Of a DNA stretch of 64,000 nucleotides, positions 49,901 through 62,041 are shown piece after piece (position 1 is the first letter of the stretch; each line of letters begins with the position of its first letter). Source of the DNA: Isurus oxyrinchus. Lineage: Eukaryota. Under the pieces are notes generated by a model. The model was not told where the DNA came from and ran no database searches. It saw only the letters and a program-made list of their open reading frames with translations. A program made the position numbers and the translations under genes. The DNA lies in assembly GCA_026770705.1 (NCBI GenBank), contig JANJGN010000002.1, positions 170,376,001 to 170,440,000 on the forward strand, read 5' to 3'.

Positions 49901-52900
49901 CTACACAACTACCTTCTGTAAGGCATGCTCGATGGACTGCCTACACCACCACAGTCTGTTCGAGAAATGGGGCCTTGTATCTGCAACGGAAATAATTCAT
50001 TTCTTGTTGAATGTAGGATAAAGCATTACATTTCAAAGAATGCAAAACTCATGTTCATGAATAAAGAGGGAAGGGATGTGAAGCAATGTTCCCTCTGGGC
50101 AGCTTGGATGTCTGGCTGTGCAACAATGGGGAATGTGCCACTTAGAGAACAAACAAAAGTTTGAGGAAACGCTGTTGGAGAAGGAGGCACAGAAATTGGA
50201 AGAATATAGGATCTCAGAGCTTCTGGCACTTTTTGACCCCATGACAAACTCTGATTCAGAATCTTGGACACTTTTGCTGCCCAACTGTTTAGGTTTCAGC
50301 AGTAATTTGGGAATGCATCTGATGCAGCATTCCTGGGAAACCTGTCAGATATGTATTCAATTGGTTCAGTAGTATCTGCAATTACCAAAAGCACATGTAG
50401 GTTCCTTGCTCAGCTAAATGTGGGGCACAGAGTTAAACAGACACTCAATAATCGATTCCAGAGTGATCAATGAGTGACCCAACATCACAGGGAGAGCTTT
50501 TCAGGAAACTGTGATCCTTTTTATCTTGGGCCTGACTAACTGTAACTCCATCTTTGGTGATGGCAGGATGCCATTCCAAGATTACATTGCTGCTGCAAGG
50601 TGGGACTGCCTGCTGTGCTCTTAGAGACTTCCATGACTGGGATTTGGTCTGTGCCCAGTGAAAGCAAATTTTATAAAATGATTTTATCCACAGCAAAATA
50701 TCTAGAAATCTATATAAGTTCCAAAATATATTTGCATTACATAAAGTGTATGAAAAATTACCCTTGAAAAGTCTGAAAGTCAGAATATTTTTCTCAATAA
50801 AGAAAATAATATTTACCTCATTGACTTTTGTATCATCAAAACGGTACCAATTACAGGAATAAATTGGTTTAATGTGTGCAACATAATGGCCACTGCCATA
50901 TCCTCCAGAATGATCACAGATGGCAAACAGCTCATATGTAGTGTTATGCTAGAGTGAGATTGAAGCACAAATGTAAGAAAGAGAATTGTATCATAATTTT
51001 TTCCCCTAAGATTTAAAGTATGAAAAAAACTTCATAAAATCCTTATGAGGACTTCAATTAGATGAGTATCAAGTTTTAATGTAAAGCTCGAGCATAAGAT
51101 GTTATTAAACATGATATTAATGTTGCACGTGTTGAAAACAAACTGGCCATTTTCTCCAGCACAATTCACAGCAATTTCCTTATGGACAGCTGACCAGAAG
51201 TCACAGAGGAATCATCTACTTCCACTTGACGAGTGAGAGAATAGTATTTTATTTAGTTGCTCTTGACATAGTGCAATTCTGACTTTCCCTCAATACACAT
51301 GGGCCAGAATTTTTCCCGTTGGCGAATTGGGGGCGGGGCCCGCTCGCCGACGCGAAAATGACGCGGGATGACGTCGGAGGGAACTCCTGACATCATCCCG
51401 CTCCATTTAAATATTCAGGAACGCGGGCAGACAGCGCAATCAGCTGTCCGCCCGCTGAACTGTCAATGGCCAATTGAGGCTGTTGACAAGATAATTAAGA
51501 CAATTAAAGGCCCTGCCCATGCAAACTTAAGGCAGGTGGGCAGGCCAGGAGCCCCAGCGGGCTTCTGAAAAAACATGAAACCTCATCCACTGGCGGAATG
51601 AGGTTTCATGTCTATTTTTTAAAAGTGTATTAAAGTTTAAGTCATATTTATTAACATGTCCCATCTCGTGTAACATTATCACATGAGGGGGACAAGTTGT
51701 TAATTTTTTTACCATTCTATTTTTAAACTTTGAAGCACTGTCACCAATCTCCCTGAGACAGCACTTAGTCACAGGGAGATGTGCGCTCTTTCGCGCACAT
51801 GCAGGAAAGAGCACAATTTGACAGTTGGGGATTCCCTCCCCCCACCGCACCGGAAGCGCATAGTGCTTCCTGTTGGACAGACCACTGGGTAGGCCTTAAT
51901 TGGCCCGCCCACTTAAAATGGTGGCGGTGATCAGCTGCCCGCCCACCGCCAAGCTGGTGGGGCCCGACCGCCCACCAAGGGCAAAATTCTGCCCATGATG
52001 CTGAATTCAACAGCAGTTTCTCACCTGTGAAAACCATCTACAGAGAAGCATATTCAGTTCAATGACTCAACGGTGCAGACAGGTTTCAACAAAGCAACAG
52101 TTAACTTTATTACAGAGAGCTTTTCAAGTGCTATATGCTTGATCAGGATCCTTAACCGGAAGCTCCACTCCCACCTGCCCCCATTCCCCACCCCCCACCC
52201 CACTCCTGAATTACTCATGCTTAGGGCTCACTGGCTGGTACTTAAACAACACGTCACAGGATCCCTGATTGACAGGAGAGGCTATACCTTCAGTTACTGC
52301 ATTTCCTCCCCCTTTACAATTTCTATTTACAAAAAAATTTGAATATCCAATAATACATATATGTACAATCTCAATTAATTAAAGATCAAGTCTCTGAGGT
52401 GGTCTCCTTATACAGCTAGTGGCGTAGCTCTATCACTTGAGGTTCCTCAACAGGATTGACAGGATCAGGAGCTGCAGTATGAGGCTCAACATTGGAATGT
52501 GGGGCAGTTCAGGATTTGGCAAATCTACAGAGACATTGGGCATGTCTATTCTAGGTCAATCGGTCACCTCATGAATTAATGGTTCGACATTACTAACAGG
52601 ATGAATAGTTGGTTGTTGGAATGTCTCTCTGGCACGAACATGATCTATGTATATACAGATGATTCTACCTCCCATTTGCACTTGGAAAGGCAATGGGCCA
52701 GTCTCTGAGACAATAGTTTCAGGAGTCCAACAAGGTCCATTGCCAAAATTCTGCACGAATACCGTGTCACCTTCAATGAATGTGCAACTTTTGCTGTGTA
52801 CATCATGATGTAATTTTTGATTTTTCTGATGACACTGTACCTTCCCCTCTAAATTTGGAAATATTAAGTATAACCATGTACATAGGCGGCATTTCATTTA

Positions 52901-55833
52901 TAATTCAGACAGTGTTGAACCTGTAGTCGAATGTGCTGTATGATGACTGAAAAGAAAGTGTGAAAGCCGAGACTCCAGAGTACCTTCTGATAGCTTCTTC
53001 TTATCAGATTTGAAAGTTTGCACTGCCCTCTCTGCTATGCTGTTCAATGAGGTGTGGTAAGGGGCTATTTTAATATGTCTGATTCCATTCAAATCCATAA
53101 ACCCCTGAAACTCTGTACTGGTAAAAACGCTACCATTATCTGAAGCAACTTCACGTTTGCTGAAACTATGACATAGTGTCTCTACAGTTGCGCTAGACAT
53201 TGAAGGCTTGACGTCATACACGCCCATCCAGTTGGAATGTGCATCTATAATTAACAAGAACATGGTTCCCAAGAATGGTCCTATGTAATCAATGTGCAAT
53301 TGTATGCAGGGTCCACCAGGCCATTCCCGCAGATGCAGGGGAGCTGCAACAGGCTACTTATTTTGTTGCTGGCACTGGAGACAGCGCTTCACCATGTTTT
53401 CAATATCTCCATCGATGCCCAGCCAACATTTTCATTTTTGATATGCCTTGATGTGCACTATACAGTTCTGTCAAGAGAGGCTCTCTGCCTTGTGGTGGAG
53501 CCACCACCCTCGATGCCCACAACAAAATCTTGTCTTGACAGCTCAACTCCATCTGTCTGACATGGAATGATCTCAATTCTTCAGATACAGGTGAGTTTGG
53601 CCAATCTTCTAAAACAAAATCTCTGACTCTCGATAAGGTTGGATCCCTGTTTGTCCAATTTTTAATCTGTTTCGCACACACAGGTGAAGAATCAAAGAAG
53701 TTCAGTAATAGTACTAGTTCCTGCAGTACAGGAGTATGCACAAGACTGCCTGGTAACGAGAAGTGACTGAGTGCACTTGCAAAGTGTAAGCCAGGGCGGT
53801 ACATAAAAGTATATTCATATGCAGATAACATCAGAGCCCAATGTTGGATCCTTGCTGATGCAATTGGCGGAATGGGATAGTCCTCACTGAACAAACTTAT
53901 TAATGGTTTATAGTCCGACACAATGATGAATTGGCAACCATGCAGATACTGGTGGAATTTCTTCACCCCAAATACCACCAATAAACCTTCCTTTTCTAGC
54001 TGGGAATATCTCTTCACAGCTGTGAAGAGGGTTCTCTGGGTATAGCCAATGGGTCTTTCGGACCCATTTTCCATTTTATGGGATAGCACAGCTCCCACTC
54101 TGTAGGGAGAGGCATTGCATGTTAATACCAGCGCTTTGATGGGTCAAAGTGTACTAGCAGACACCACCCCACCACCACTCTCCCAGACCTGACCTGCACT
54201 AGAGGCCCTTGCCCCAGCACGACACTGAAAACCAGCCTGGGAAAAATGACTTGCCTGTTCCCCTCACGAATGCATGGCACCTCTTCCTTGATGCTCTATG
54301 GGCGATGCTTGCAAGTGCTGTGCAAAGTTGTGTGCACTCACCTCCGAGTTCCCTCGAAGCTCAGGTCACCAGGTACAGTCCTTTTAAAGGCAGTTGTGAA
54401 GCACGCCATTCTGAAATCATGCTGATGTGGCAGTAAATTTAATGTGGGGAAATGATGTCCCCAGTGCGCAGTGGCAGGAGACGAGCCTGCCATTGGCTGG
54501 AGCGGACGATTGCAAACTGGTTTCACAAAGGCATAAAACTGATTTCTGGCCTTCTCACTTTATTGTTTCTCAACCAACCCCACCTGCGCCCCCCACCCAC
54601 CATGACGCCCGACCCCAACAGGGTCAGAAAATTCCAGCCATAGTCTTCAATTCCCGGCACAAACAAACTCTTCTTTCCTAGCCATCAAATCCATCCCTCT
54701 CTCCGCAAACCATCTGAGGCTGAGCCAGACCATTGCAACGTATTTGCTCCTGAATTGTTTCCTGAATGACATATCCTTCCAAGAATGCCTATTCCACCTT
54801 CATAATACTGTGCATCTCCTTCTCTGCTTCAACCCATCTGATGCTGAAGTCCTCACCCTAGCTTTGTTACCTCCAGGTTTGGCTATTCAAATGCTCGGTT
54901 GGTTGGCTTCCCACCTTCCAACATCTGTAAAGGTCAGCTCATCCAAAATTTGCATCAAGTTCCATTCGCTTGCTGTCCTATATAAGCTCCCAGCCTGGAA
55001 ACATCTTAATTTAAAATTCTCAATGTCTTCAAACCCTCCAAGGCCTCACCGATCCCTGTCTCTGTGACCTCCTACAGCTGGACAAACCTTCAAGATCTCT
55101 TCACTCCTCCAACTCTGCCCTCTTACAGATCCTCGATTTTAACTGCTCCACCATTTGCAGTTGTGCATTCAGCTCCTGAGACCCCATGCTCTGGAATTCC
55201 TCCCTACATCTCACCAGCTCTTTCCTTTTAATCACTTCATAAAAAACTCTCTCTTTGATCAAGCATTTATCCTAATATCTCCTTATGTGGTTCGGTGTCA
55301 AATTTTGTTTGAAAACACTTCAGTGAAGCGCCATAAAGCATTACACTATGTTAAAGGTGCTACAGAAGGCACATTACTGTTGTTGAATAGAAAAAAAGAG
55401 ATGGTGTTAAGTACATGCCCATATAAGAGCTGTCTGGATTTCTGCCTATTTGACATGCAGTTCATGTCAATGCTACGCAACCTCCCCTCAACCCAGGAAA
55501 GAGTTTCCAACGATACAATGACAAGATGCATGACTATTTCTACATTCCTCAGCAAGAACAACTACTTACATATATATAAACACGCACGCGCAGGCACACA
55601 CACAGTCTTATTAATGCATTTAAACATTCCATAAGATGATCTCCTATACTGTATACTAATAAGCCTCAGACAGAGCGTTTTGCCTTGTTTGATGTGCCAT
55701 GCACAGTGATCCTTACCTTCTGGCTCTCATCTTTGGCTGGTTTCTGGCTTTCTTCATATTCTTCATTTCTGGGTATTTTCGATGACAGTGGCTCCAGGTA
55801 TGTTAGATGCGTCTTTGCTGCTTCTTTGGATTC
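46068..55833 (-). CDS. USP-family deubiquitinase, 3' part (His box plus acidic tail); USP18/USP47-like; 5' exons not found in window
   Basis: Exons 55833-55717, 50948-50817, 49980-49913, 49776-49721 and 46996-46068 join in frame with AG/GT ends: ..YELFAICDHSGGYGSGHYVAHIKPIYSCNWYRFDDTKVNE..SSPTAYMLMYRKEE..GENEDEEKQ.. The GHY, FDD and AYMLMY motifs are USP His-box signatures. Confidence 0.85.
48320..48850 (+). mobile_element. CR1 ORF2 endonuclease/tether fragment in USP intron
   Basis: F.QQYV..PTR....LDLVL, D.DHCI, INWGK.NF, APWVT. Confidence 0.7.
49721..49776 (-). CDS. USP exon with AYMLMY motif
   Basis: Acceptor ttttaccacag|; SPTAYMLMYRKEEVSTYQ; phase-1 donor G|gtaaat (alternative donor at 49737). 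Confidence 0.85.
49913..49980 (-). CDS. USP small exon
   Basis: Acceptor ttccgttgcag|, donor AG|gtagtt; IQGPISRTDCGGVGSPSSMPYR; provides the phase needed for the next exon. Confidence 0.75.
50817..50948 (-). CDS. USP His-box exon
   Basis: 132 nt, phase 0-0; HNTTYELFAICDHSGGYGSGHYVAHIKPIYSCNWYRFDDTKVNE. Confidence 0.92.
51302..51994. mobile_element. Harbinger-type MITE (693 bp) with 3-bp TSD ATG
   Basis: ATG|GGCCAGAATTTT ... AAAATTCTGCCC|ATG. Confidence 0.9.
52040..54160 (-). mobile_element. Gypsy remnant (RNase H, integrase, PPT, LTR)
   Basis: ORFs 53400..54098, 52898..53299 (HIDY, SDNG, AERAVQTFK) and 52556..52897 (GP.S-like); polypurine GGGGGAG at ~52305. Confidence 0.88.
54170..54638. 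mobile_element. Harbinger terminal fragment
   Basis: Ends AAAATTCCAGCC. Confidence 0.5.
54650..55385 (+). mobile_element. L2-clade LINE 3' fragment
   Basis: ctctggaattccctccct and the ..gttaaaggtgcta..tgttgttg L2-type tail. Confidence 0.6.
55717..55833 (-). CDS. USP exon (pre-His-box linker)
   Basis: Acceptor tttttccatag|, donor AAG|gtaag; 117 nt; ESKEAAKTHLTYLEPLSSKIPRNEEYEESQKPAKDESQK. Confidence 0.7.
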
Positions 55834-56049
55834 CTATGGAAAAATTTCAGTTAAAATCTGTTTGGTGGACATGTAAAGCATTTTACCTTATACTCTTGTT
55901 AGAAAAACATTGTTACTGAAATATTCATGATTGTAGAACTATATTAGAAAGTGCTGTCTGCTGAATGTTCTGGAAAATACATAGGATTGTATATTACTGA
56001 AGCAAGCTTTCTTCATTCTGAATGTTTCATTGTGTTGATATGAGTCCAC

Positions 56050-56960
56050 GAGCTGGATTTTACGCTCCCCTGCCAGTGGGTTTCATATGGCAGTGGTGTC
56101 TGTAAAAAGCAGAGGATGTGCTGTGCACTGCCTATCTGCCCGTCCCCGACCTGTCTCCAATTTTACAGGGGTGGTAGATGTGTCGGGTGGCATATTGGTG
56201 ATCACTTAAGGGCCTCACCCCGCCCCTGCCACCATTTTGCCTGTGACAGGGAGACACCCATGGGCTGGTGTTGGGCAAGGGAGGTGGGGGACCATCTTTG
56301 GGAGTCTCCTATGCCCACTGGAGGCACCACCACCAAGATCATACCCCGCCACTTTAACTCTCCCCATCTGACCTCTCAAACCTGAAACCCACCCCTTGCT
56401 GGTGTCTTCCAGCCCTGACCCTGGTGATATCCTAGAGTTACCTTCAAGTTCAACATTATTGCAGCACACAACTCTCTGGGGCTGCCTGTACTCAGCAATG
56501 GCCACCACTCGAACCTAGTGCTGCTGGGACTACAGAGCTGCCAGCCAGCTGATTTCACTTGTTCCCTTGTTAACTCTTTCGAGTACAAACATGTTTCCAT
56601 CTGTTTCAGATGAAGTTACATTGTTTCATAGTTTGCCATTGTGAGATTTGAACTCTTGATACTCTTTCGAGCACAAACCCGTTTCCATCTGTTTCAGATG
56701 AAGTTACATTGTTTTGCCATTGTGAGATTTGAACTCTTGATCTAGGGGTTACAAACCCAGTACCATAACCACTTGGCTATTTAGGCCAAGCCCCCTGATT
56801 CTCTTGTTAGGCGTACAAGTCTCGCATTAATTCAATTAACAATGCTCCCAGTGTTAAATTGCTGAAGAGCAGCTGGTAGTATCATTGGGGGGGCTCCTCC
56901 CACCACACCACTGACTTTTTAGCTGAGGTCCGGGTGTTGGCAACCCATAAAATCCAGCCC
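56050..56960. mobile_element. MITE (TIR GGGCTGGATTTT family) containing an inserted SINE
   Basis: CAC|GAGCTGGATTTT ... AAAATCCAGCCC|CAT. Confidence 0.7.
56573..56790 (-). mobile_element. tRNA-derived SINE with tandemly duplicated ~85-bp 3' part
   Basis: rc head GGCCTAAATAGCCAAGTGG..GAGTTCAAATC (A and B boxes); units 56573-56660 and 56661-56741. Confidence 0.65.
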
Positions 56961-57049
56961 CATATTAAAGGAATGATTTGAAATGTTCAACAAAAATACA
57001 TTCCATTAAAAAGCAAAAAACTCAGTGATATAAATCTATCCGTGGCATT

Positions 57050-58100
57050 CTGGGGAAGTTAGATTGTATTAGCTTAAAGGGAGAGGTTTATAACTTTGTA
57101 AAGAATAGTAGTAAGCCTGAGGATTGGGAGACTTTTAGAAACCAACAAATCCCAACCAAAATGTTTATTTAAAGGGAAACAATCCAAACGAAACTAAATT
57201 AGCCAGGAATATAAAAACAGATTGTAAGAGCTTTTACAAGTAATAAAAGGGAGAAAGGTGACTAAAGTAAATGCTAGGCCCTTAGTGGCAGAGACAGTAG
57301 AAATAATGGGAATAAAGAAATGACAGAAACGTTGAAAAAATAATTTTTTTGTGTTTGTCTTCACAAATTACTCACCAAAAAAAGAGGGTAACCAAAGAAT
57401 TAATAAGGGTGAGGGACTTAAAATAATTATCAGCAGAGAAAAGGTATAAAAGAAACTTAAAGACTAAAAGCTGACAAATCCCCAGGACTTGTGCCCTACA
57501 TCACAGGGTTCTAAAAGAGGCGGCTGCAGAGTTATTGGATGCACTGACTATGATTTTCCAAAATTTCCAGATTCTGCAACAGTCTTAATGAATTGGAAGT
57601 TAGCAATGTAACACCACTATACAAGAAGGAGGGAAAGAGAAATCAGGGAAGTGAAAGCCAATTAGCCTGACATCAATCATTTGAAAAATGCTGAAATCTA
57701 TTATTACAGAAGTTTTAACAATACACTTAGAAAATAACAGAACGAACACTGGTTTGGCCTCAGTTGGAATATTGTGTCCAATTCTGGGCACCACATTTTT
57801 GGAAGGATATGATGCCTTTAGAGAGGGTGCAGAAGAGATCGAAATGAGAATGGTTCTAGGGATGAGGGACTTCAGTTATGCAGTTATGTGGATAAACTAG
57901 AGAAGCTAGGGTTGGTCTCCTTAGACAATAGAATATTAAGAGGAGATCAATGAAGATAATCAAAATTATGATGGGTCTAGACAGAGTAAATAGACTGAAA
58001 CTATTGCCATTGGTGGAAGAGTCAAGAACTAGAGGACACCAATATATGGTCAAAGGCAAAATAACCAACAGCAACATGAAGGACAGAATCAATTTGGCTA
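57050..58100 (+). mobile_element. Decayed CR1 fragments
   Basis: KSPG....RVLKE, PISLTSII, CVQFWAP text in broken frames. Confidence 0.75.
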
Positions 58101-59664
58101 GAGCACACTTCCAGGCAGCGCATTCCAAACCTGAACCAATCACTGTGTGAAAAAGATTTTTCTCACGTCACATTTACTTCTTTTGCAAAATACTTTAAAT
58201 CTGTGCCTCTTGATTCTTTTACGAGTGAAAACCGTTTCTCCCTATCTGCTCTATCAAGCCTCCTCATGAATTTGAGCACTTCCATCAAATCTCCTCTTAG
58301 TCTTCTCTCCAAGGAGAACAGTTCCAACTTCACCAAACTATCTTCATAACTGAAGTTTTGCATCCCTGGAATCATCCTGTAAACCTCTTCTGCACTCTCT
58401 CCAATGTGTTTGTATCCTTCCTAAAGTGAGGTGTCCACAACTGTACACAATGCTCCAGCTGAGGTCTAACTAGTGTCTTATAAAAGTTCAGCATAAGCTC
58501 CTTGTTCTTGTACTCTATGTCACTATTAATAAAGCCTAGGATACTGCATGCTTTATTAACTTCTCTCTCCACTTGTCCTGCTACCTTTAATGACTTATGT
58601 ACATATACACCCTGGTCCCTCTGCTCTTGCACACCCTTTAGTGTTGTACCCCTTATTTTACATTGTCCCTCCATGTTCTTCCCACCAAAATGGAACACCT
58701 CACATTTCTCCACATTGAACTTCATCCGCCACCTATCTGCCCACTCCACCAACTTGTCTATGTTCTACACTGTCTTCCTAACAGTTTACATTGCTTCCAA
58801 GTTTTGTATCACTTGCAAACTTTGAAATTTTCCCCTGCACATCAAGATCTAGATCATTAATATATATCATGAGAAATAAGCGTCCAAATATCGACCCCTG
58901 AGGAACTCCACTACAAAACTTCCTCCAGCCTGAAAAATATCCATTAACCATTACTCACTATTTCCTATTATCAGTCAATTCTGCATCCACATTTGTCCCT
59001 TTCAATCCATGAGCTATAACTTTTCTCAAGTCTATTGTGTCGCACAGTATCGAATGCTTTTTGGAAGTCCATGTACACCACATCAAGAGCATTACCATCA
59101 TCAACCTTCTCTGTTACTTCTTTAACTAACTGACTGGAGTTTTTCCCTTAAGAAATCCATGCTGGTTCTTCCTAATCAACTCACATTATTCCATGTGACT
59201 ATTAATTCTATCCCGTTCCCCACCACCAAAGTTAAACTGATTGATCTGTAATTGCTGGGCTTATCCTTACAATCTTTTTTAGACAAGGGCATAATGTTTG
59301 CAATTCTCCAGTCCTCTGGCACCTCCCTCGAGTCTAGGGAAGACAGAGGTTATGGCCAGTGCCCCTGCAATTTTCACTCTCACTTCCTTTAATATCCTTG
59401 GATGCATCTCATCCAGCCCGGATGCCTTGTCAACTTTTAATTATCAACAGTTTATCCAATTCCTCCTCCTTATCAATTTTGAACCCTTCTAGTGACAGAG
59501 CTTCTTCCTCTGTCACCATGGTGTGGGTAGCATCTGCTTCCTTGGTGAAGACGGATGCAAAGTATTCATTTAACAGCTCAGCCATGCTCTCTGCCTCCAT
59601 GCGTAAATCCCCTTTTTGGTCCCTAATCGACCTTACTCCTCCTTTTACCACCTGTTTACCATTA

Positions 59665-61390
59665 GAAACATAGAAAATAGGAGCAGGAGTAGGTCATTTG
59701 GCCCTTCGAGCCCGCTCTGCCATTCAATATGATCATGGCTGATCCCCTATCTCAACACTGTACTCCTGCGCACTCCCTATAGCCCTTGATGCCTTTAGGG
59801 TCCAGAAATCTATCTATTTTCTTCTTAAATATATTCAGTGACTTGGCCTCCACAGCCCTCTGTGGTAGAGAATTCCTCAGGTTCACCAACCTCTGAGTGA
59901 AGAAGTTTCACCTCATCTCAGTCCTGAGGCTGTAACTTCTTGTTCTAGACTCCCCCCACCCCCCCTCACCCCACCCCCAACAGCCAGAGGAAAATTCATC
60001 CAGTCTGTCCAGCCCTGTCAAGAATTTTATATGTTTCAATGAGATCTCCTCTCATTCTTCTAAACTCCCGTGAATGCAGGCCTAGTCAGCCCAATCTTTC
60101 CTCATACGATGATCCTGCTATCCCAGGAGTCAGTCTGGTGAACCTTCGCTTCACTCCCACATGGCAAGTATATCCTTTCTTAGGTAAGGAGACCAAAACG
60201 GCATACAATACTGCAGGTGTAGTCTCACCAAGGCCCTGTACAACTGCAGCAAGACATCCTTGCTCCTGTACTCAAGTTCTCTCGCAATGAAAGCCAACAT
60301 ACCGCTTGCCTTCTTAACTGCTGGCTGCACCTGCATGTTTGCTTTCAGTGATTGGTGTACAAGGACACGCAGGCCCCTTTGTACATCAACATTTCCCAAT
60401 CTATCACTATTTAAATAATACTCTGCCATTCAGTTTTCCCTACCAAAATGGATAAGTTCACACTTATCCATGTTAACTGCATCTGCCATATATTTGCCCA
60501 TTCACTCAGCCTGTCTAAATTGCCTTGGAGCCTCTTAACATCTTCCTCATCGCTCACATTCCCACCAAGTTTCATGTCATCAGCAAACTTGGAAATATTA
60601 CATTTGGTTCCCTCATCCAAACCATTGATATATATTGTGAATAGCTGAGGCCAAGCACTGATCCCAGCTGTACCTCACTAGTCACTGCCAGCCACTCCAA
60701 AAAAAACCCATTTATTCCCACTCTGTTACTCTCTGCTAATCAATTCTCAATATTAAGTACTCTTGGATAATCACTTCCTGGCCTTGGTCACCCTGCAGCC
60801 ATGTCTCCATAATTGCAATCATATCGTACCCATTTACATCTATTTGTGTTGTTCATTCATCTACCTTATTGCAAATGCTCCGTGCATTCAGATGCAGTGC
60901 CTTTAGACTTGCCTTTTCAACATTTTTAGACATTTTTTGTACTATGGCCCTATTTGCTGCTAGCCCTTATTTCCTCTCCTTTCCACTATTGCTTTCTACT
61001 TTTCTATCTTTCATTCCTATCTTTGTTTCCCTCACTTGTGTCTTCCTGTTCAGGTTCCGATCCCCCACTAATCTAGTTTAAATCCATCCCCACAGTACTG
61101 GCGAATACCCCTGCGAGGATATTAGTCCAGATCCTGCTGGGGCGTAGCCCGTCCAGCTTGTTCAGATCCCATCTTCCCCAGATTTAGTCCCAATTATCTT
61201 GAGTAGTTGCAGCTGGAAACACTTCCTGCACACATGGTTGCCTTGGACACTGGTAGTGTCCCTGACTTCCCACATTGCACGGGCGGAGCATTCCACTTGG
61301 CTGAGCTGCCCTGCCTTTTTCCTCTCAAATTACAACCTTTACTTTTATTTCCTCTAGTTTAGAGAATATTAAGGACAGAAGAAATACCTA
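59665..61390 (-). mobile_element. Second, internally deleted CR1 nested in the long CR1
   Basis: Tail agaaacatagaaaataggagcagg at 59665; SKFADD (60411..60620); LYRALVR. Confidence 0.8.
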
Positions 61391-61696
61391 CCAGGTCTTA
61401 CTTACTAAGGCCGCTGCTCTTCTTACTAAGGAAAGGTAGAAAATGAAAGGGTCACCTCCTTCCCTCTTCAGCGAACTGCCTCGCTCACTAAACTCCAACT
61501 GAAGCACACTAATACACCCCAAAGCAGCACTCCAGTGGAGACAAAAGCAGCACTGTAGATGACTTGCTTTTATGCTGTCTGAATCTAGCTTTTGAATGTG
61601 CCTATGGAAGCTTCCAGCCACTTTAGCAGAAGCCTGCTGTGTCCAGTAACTTAAGTTCTGTTACAAGCCTTTGGAATTCCACTGTCGAATGGGTGC

Positions 61697-62041
61697 TGTG
61701 GTACCCTTGCTGGGTTGATTTTGTAGTTTCAAATCTATTTTGGACTGTTGCCATAAAGGGAGTGTGTAGCTGGGAGCCTGTTTAATTAAGAACTTTGGGA
61801 ACTGTTCAGACTAAATATCCGTATAACTGTATTCTTACGTGTGCTTAATATTTTTTCCTTTTGTTAATGAATGTTTTAAGCTAACTTTAAAATCTCTAAA
61901 GGTGTTCATGGATTCAATTTTTCTGAATTCAGTGCATAAGCCTTCTTGTAATAAAACAAGTTGCAAAACTGTTGTGATAGTGTGGCCAAGTTTCCCTTGT
62001 GGATTTGGTCCGCCTGGCACATACCACCATATGTCATAACA
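61697..62041. mobile_element. Probable solo LTR fragment nested in CR1
   Basis: TGTGG...CATAACA ends with an internal AATAAA; interrupts CR1 text. Confidence 0.4.

Noticed and set aside
56717-56790. Functional tRNA-Tyr gene
   Set aside because: No proper acceptor stem and embedded in a duplicated SINE body.
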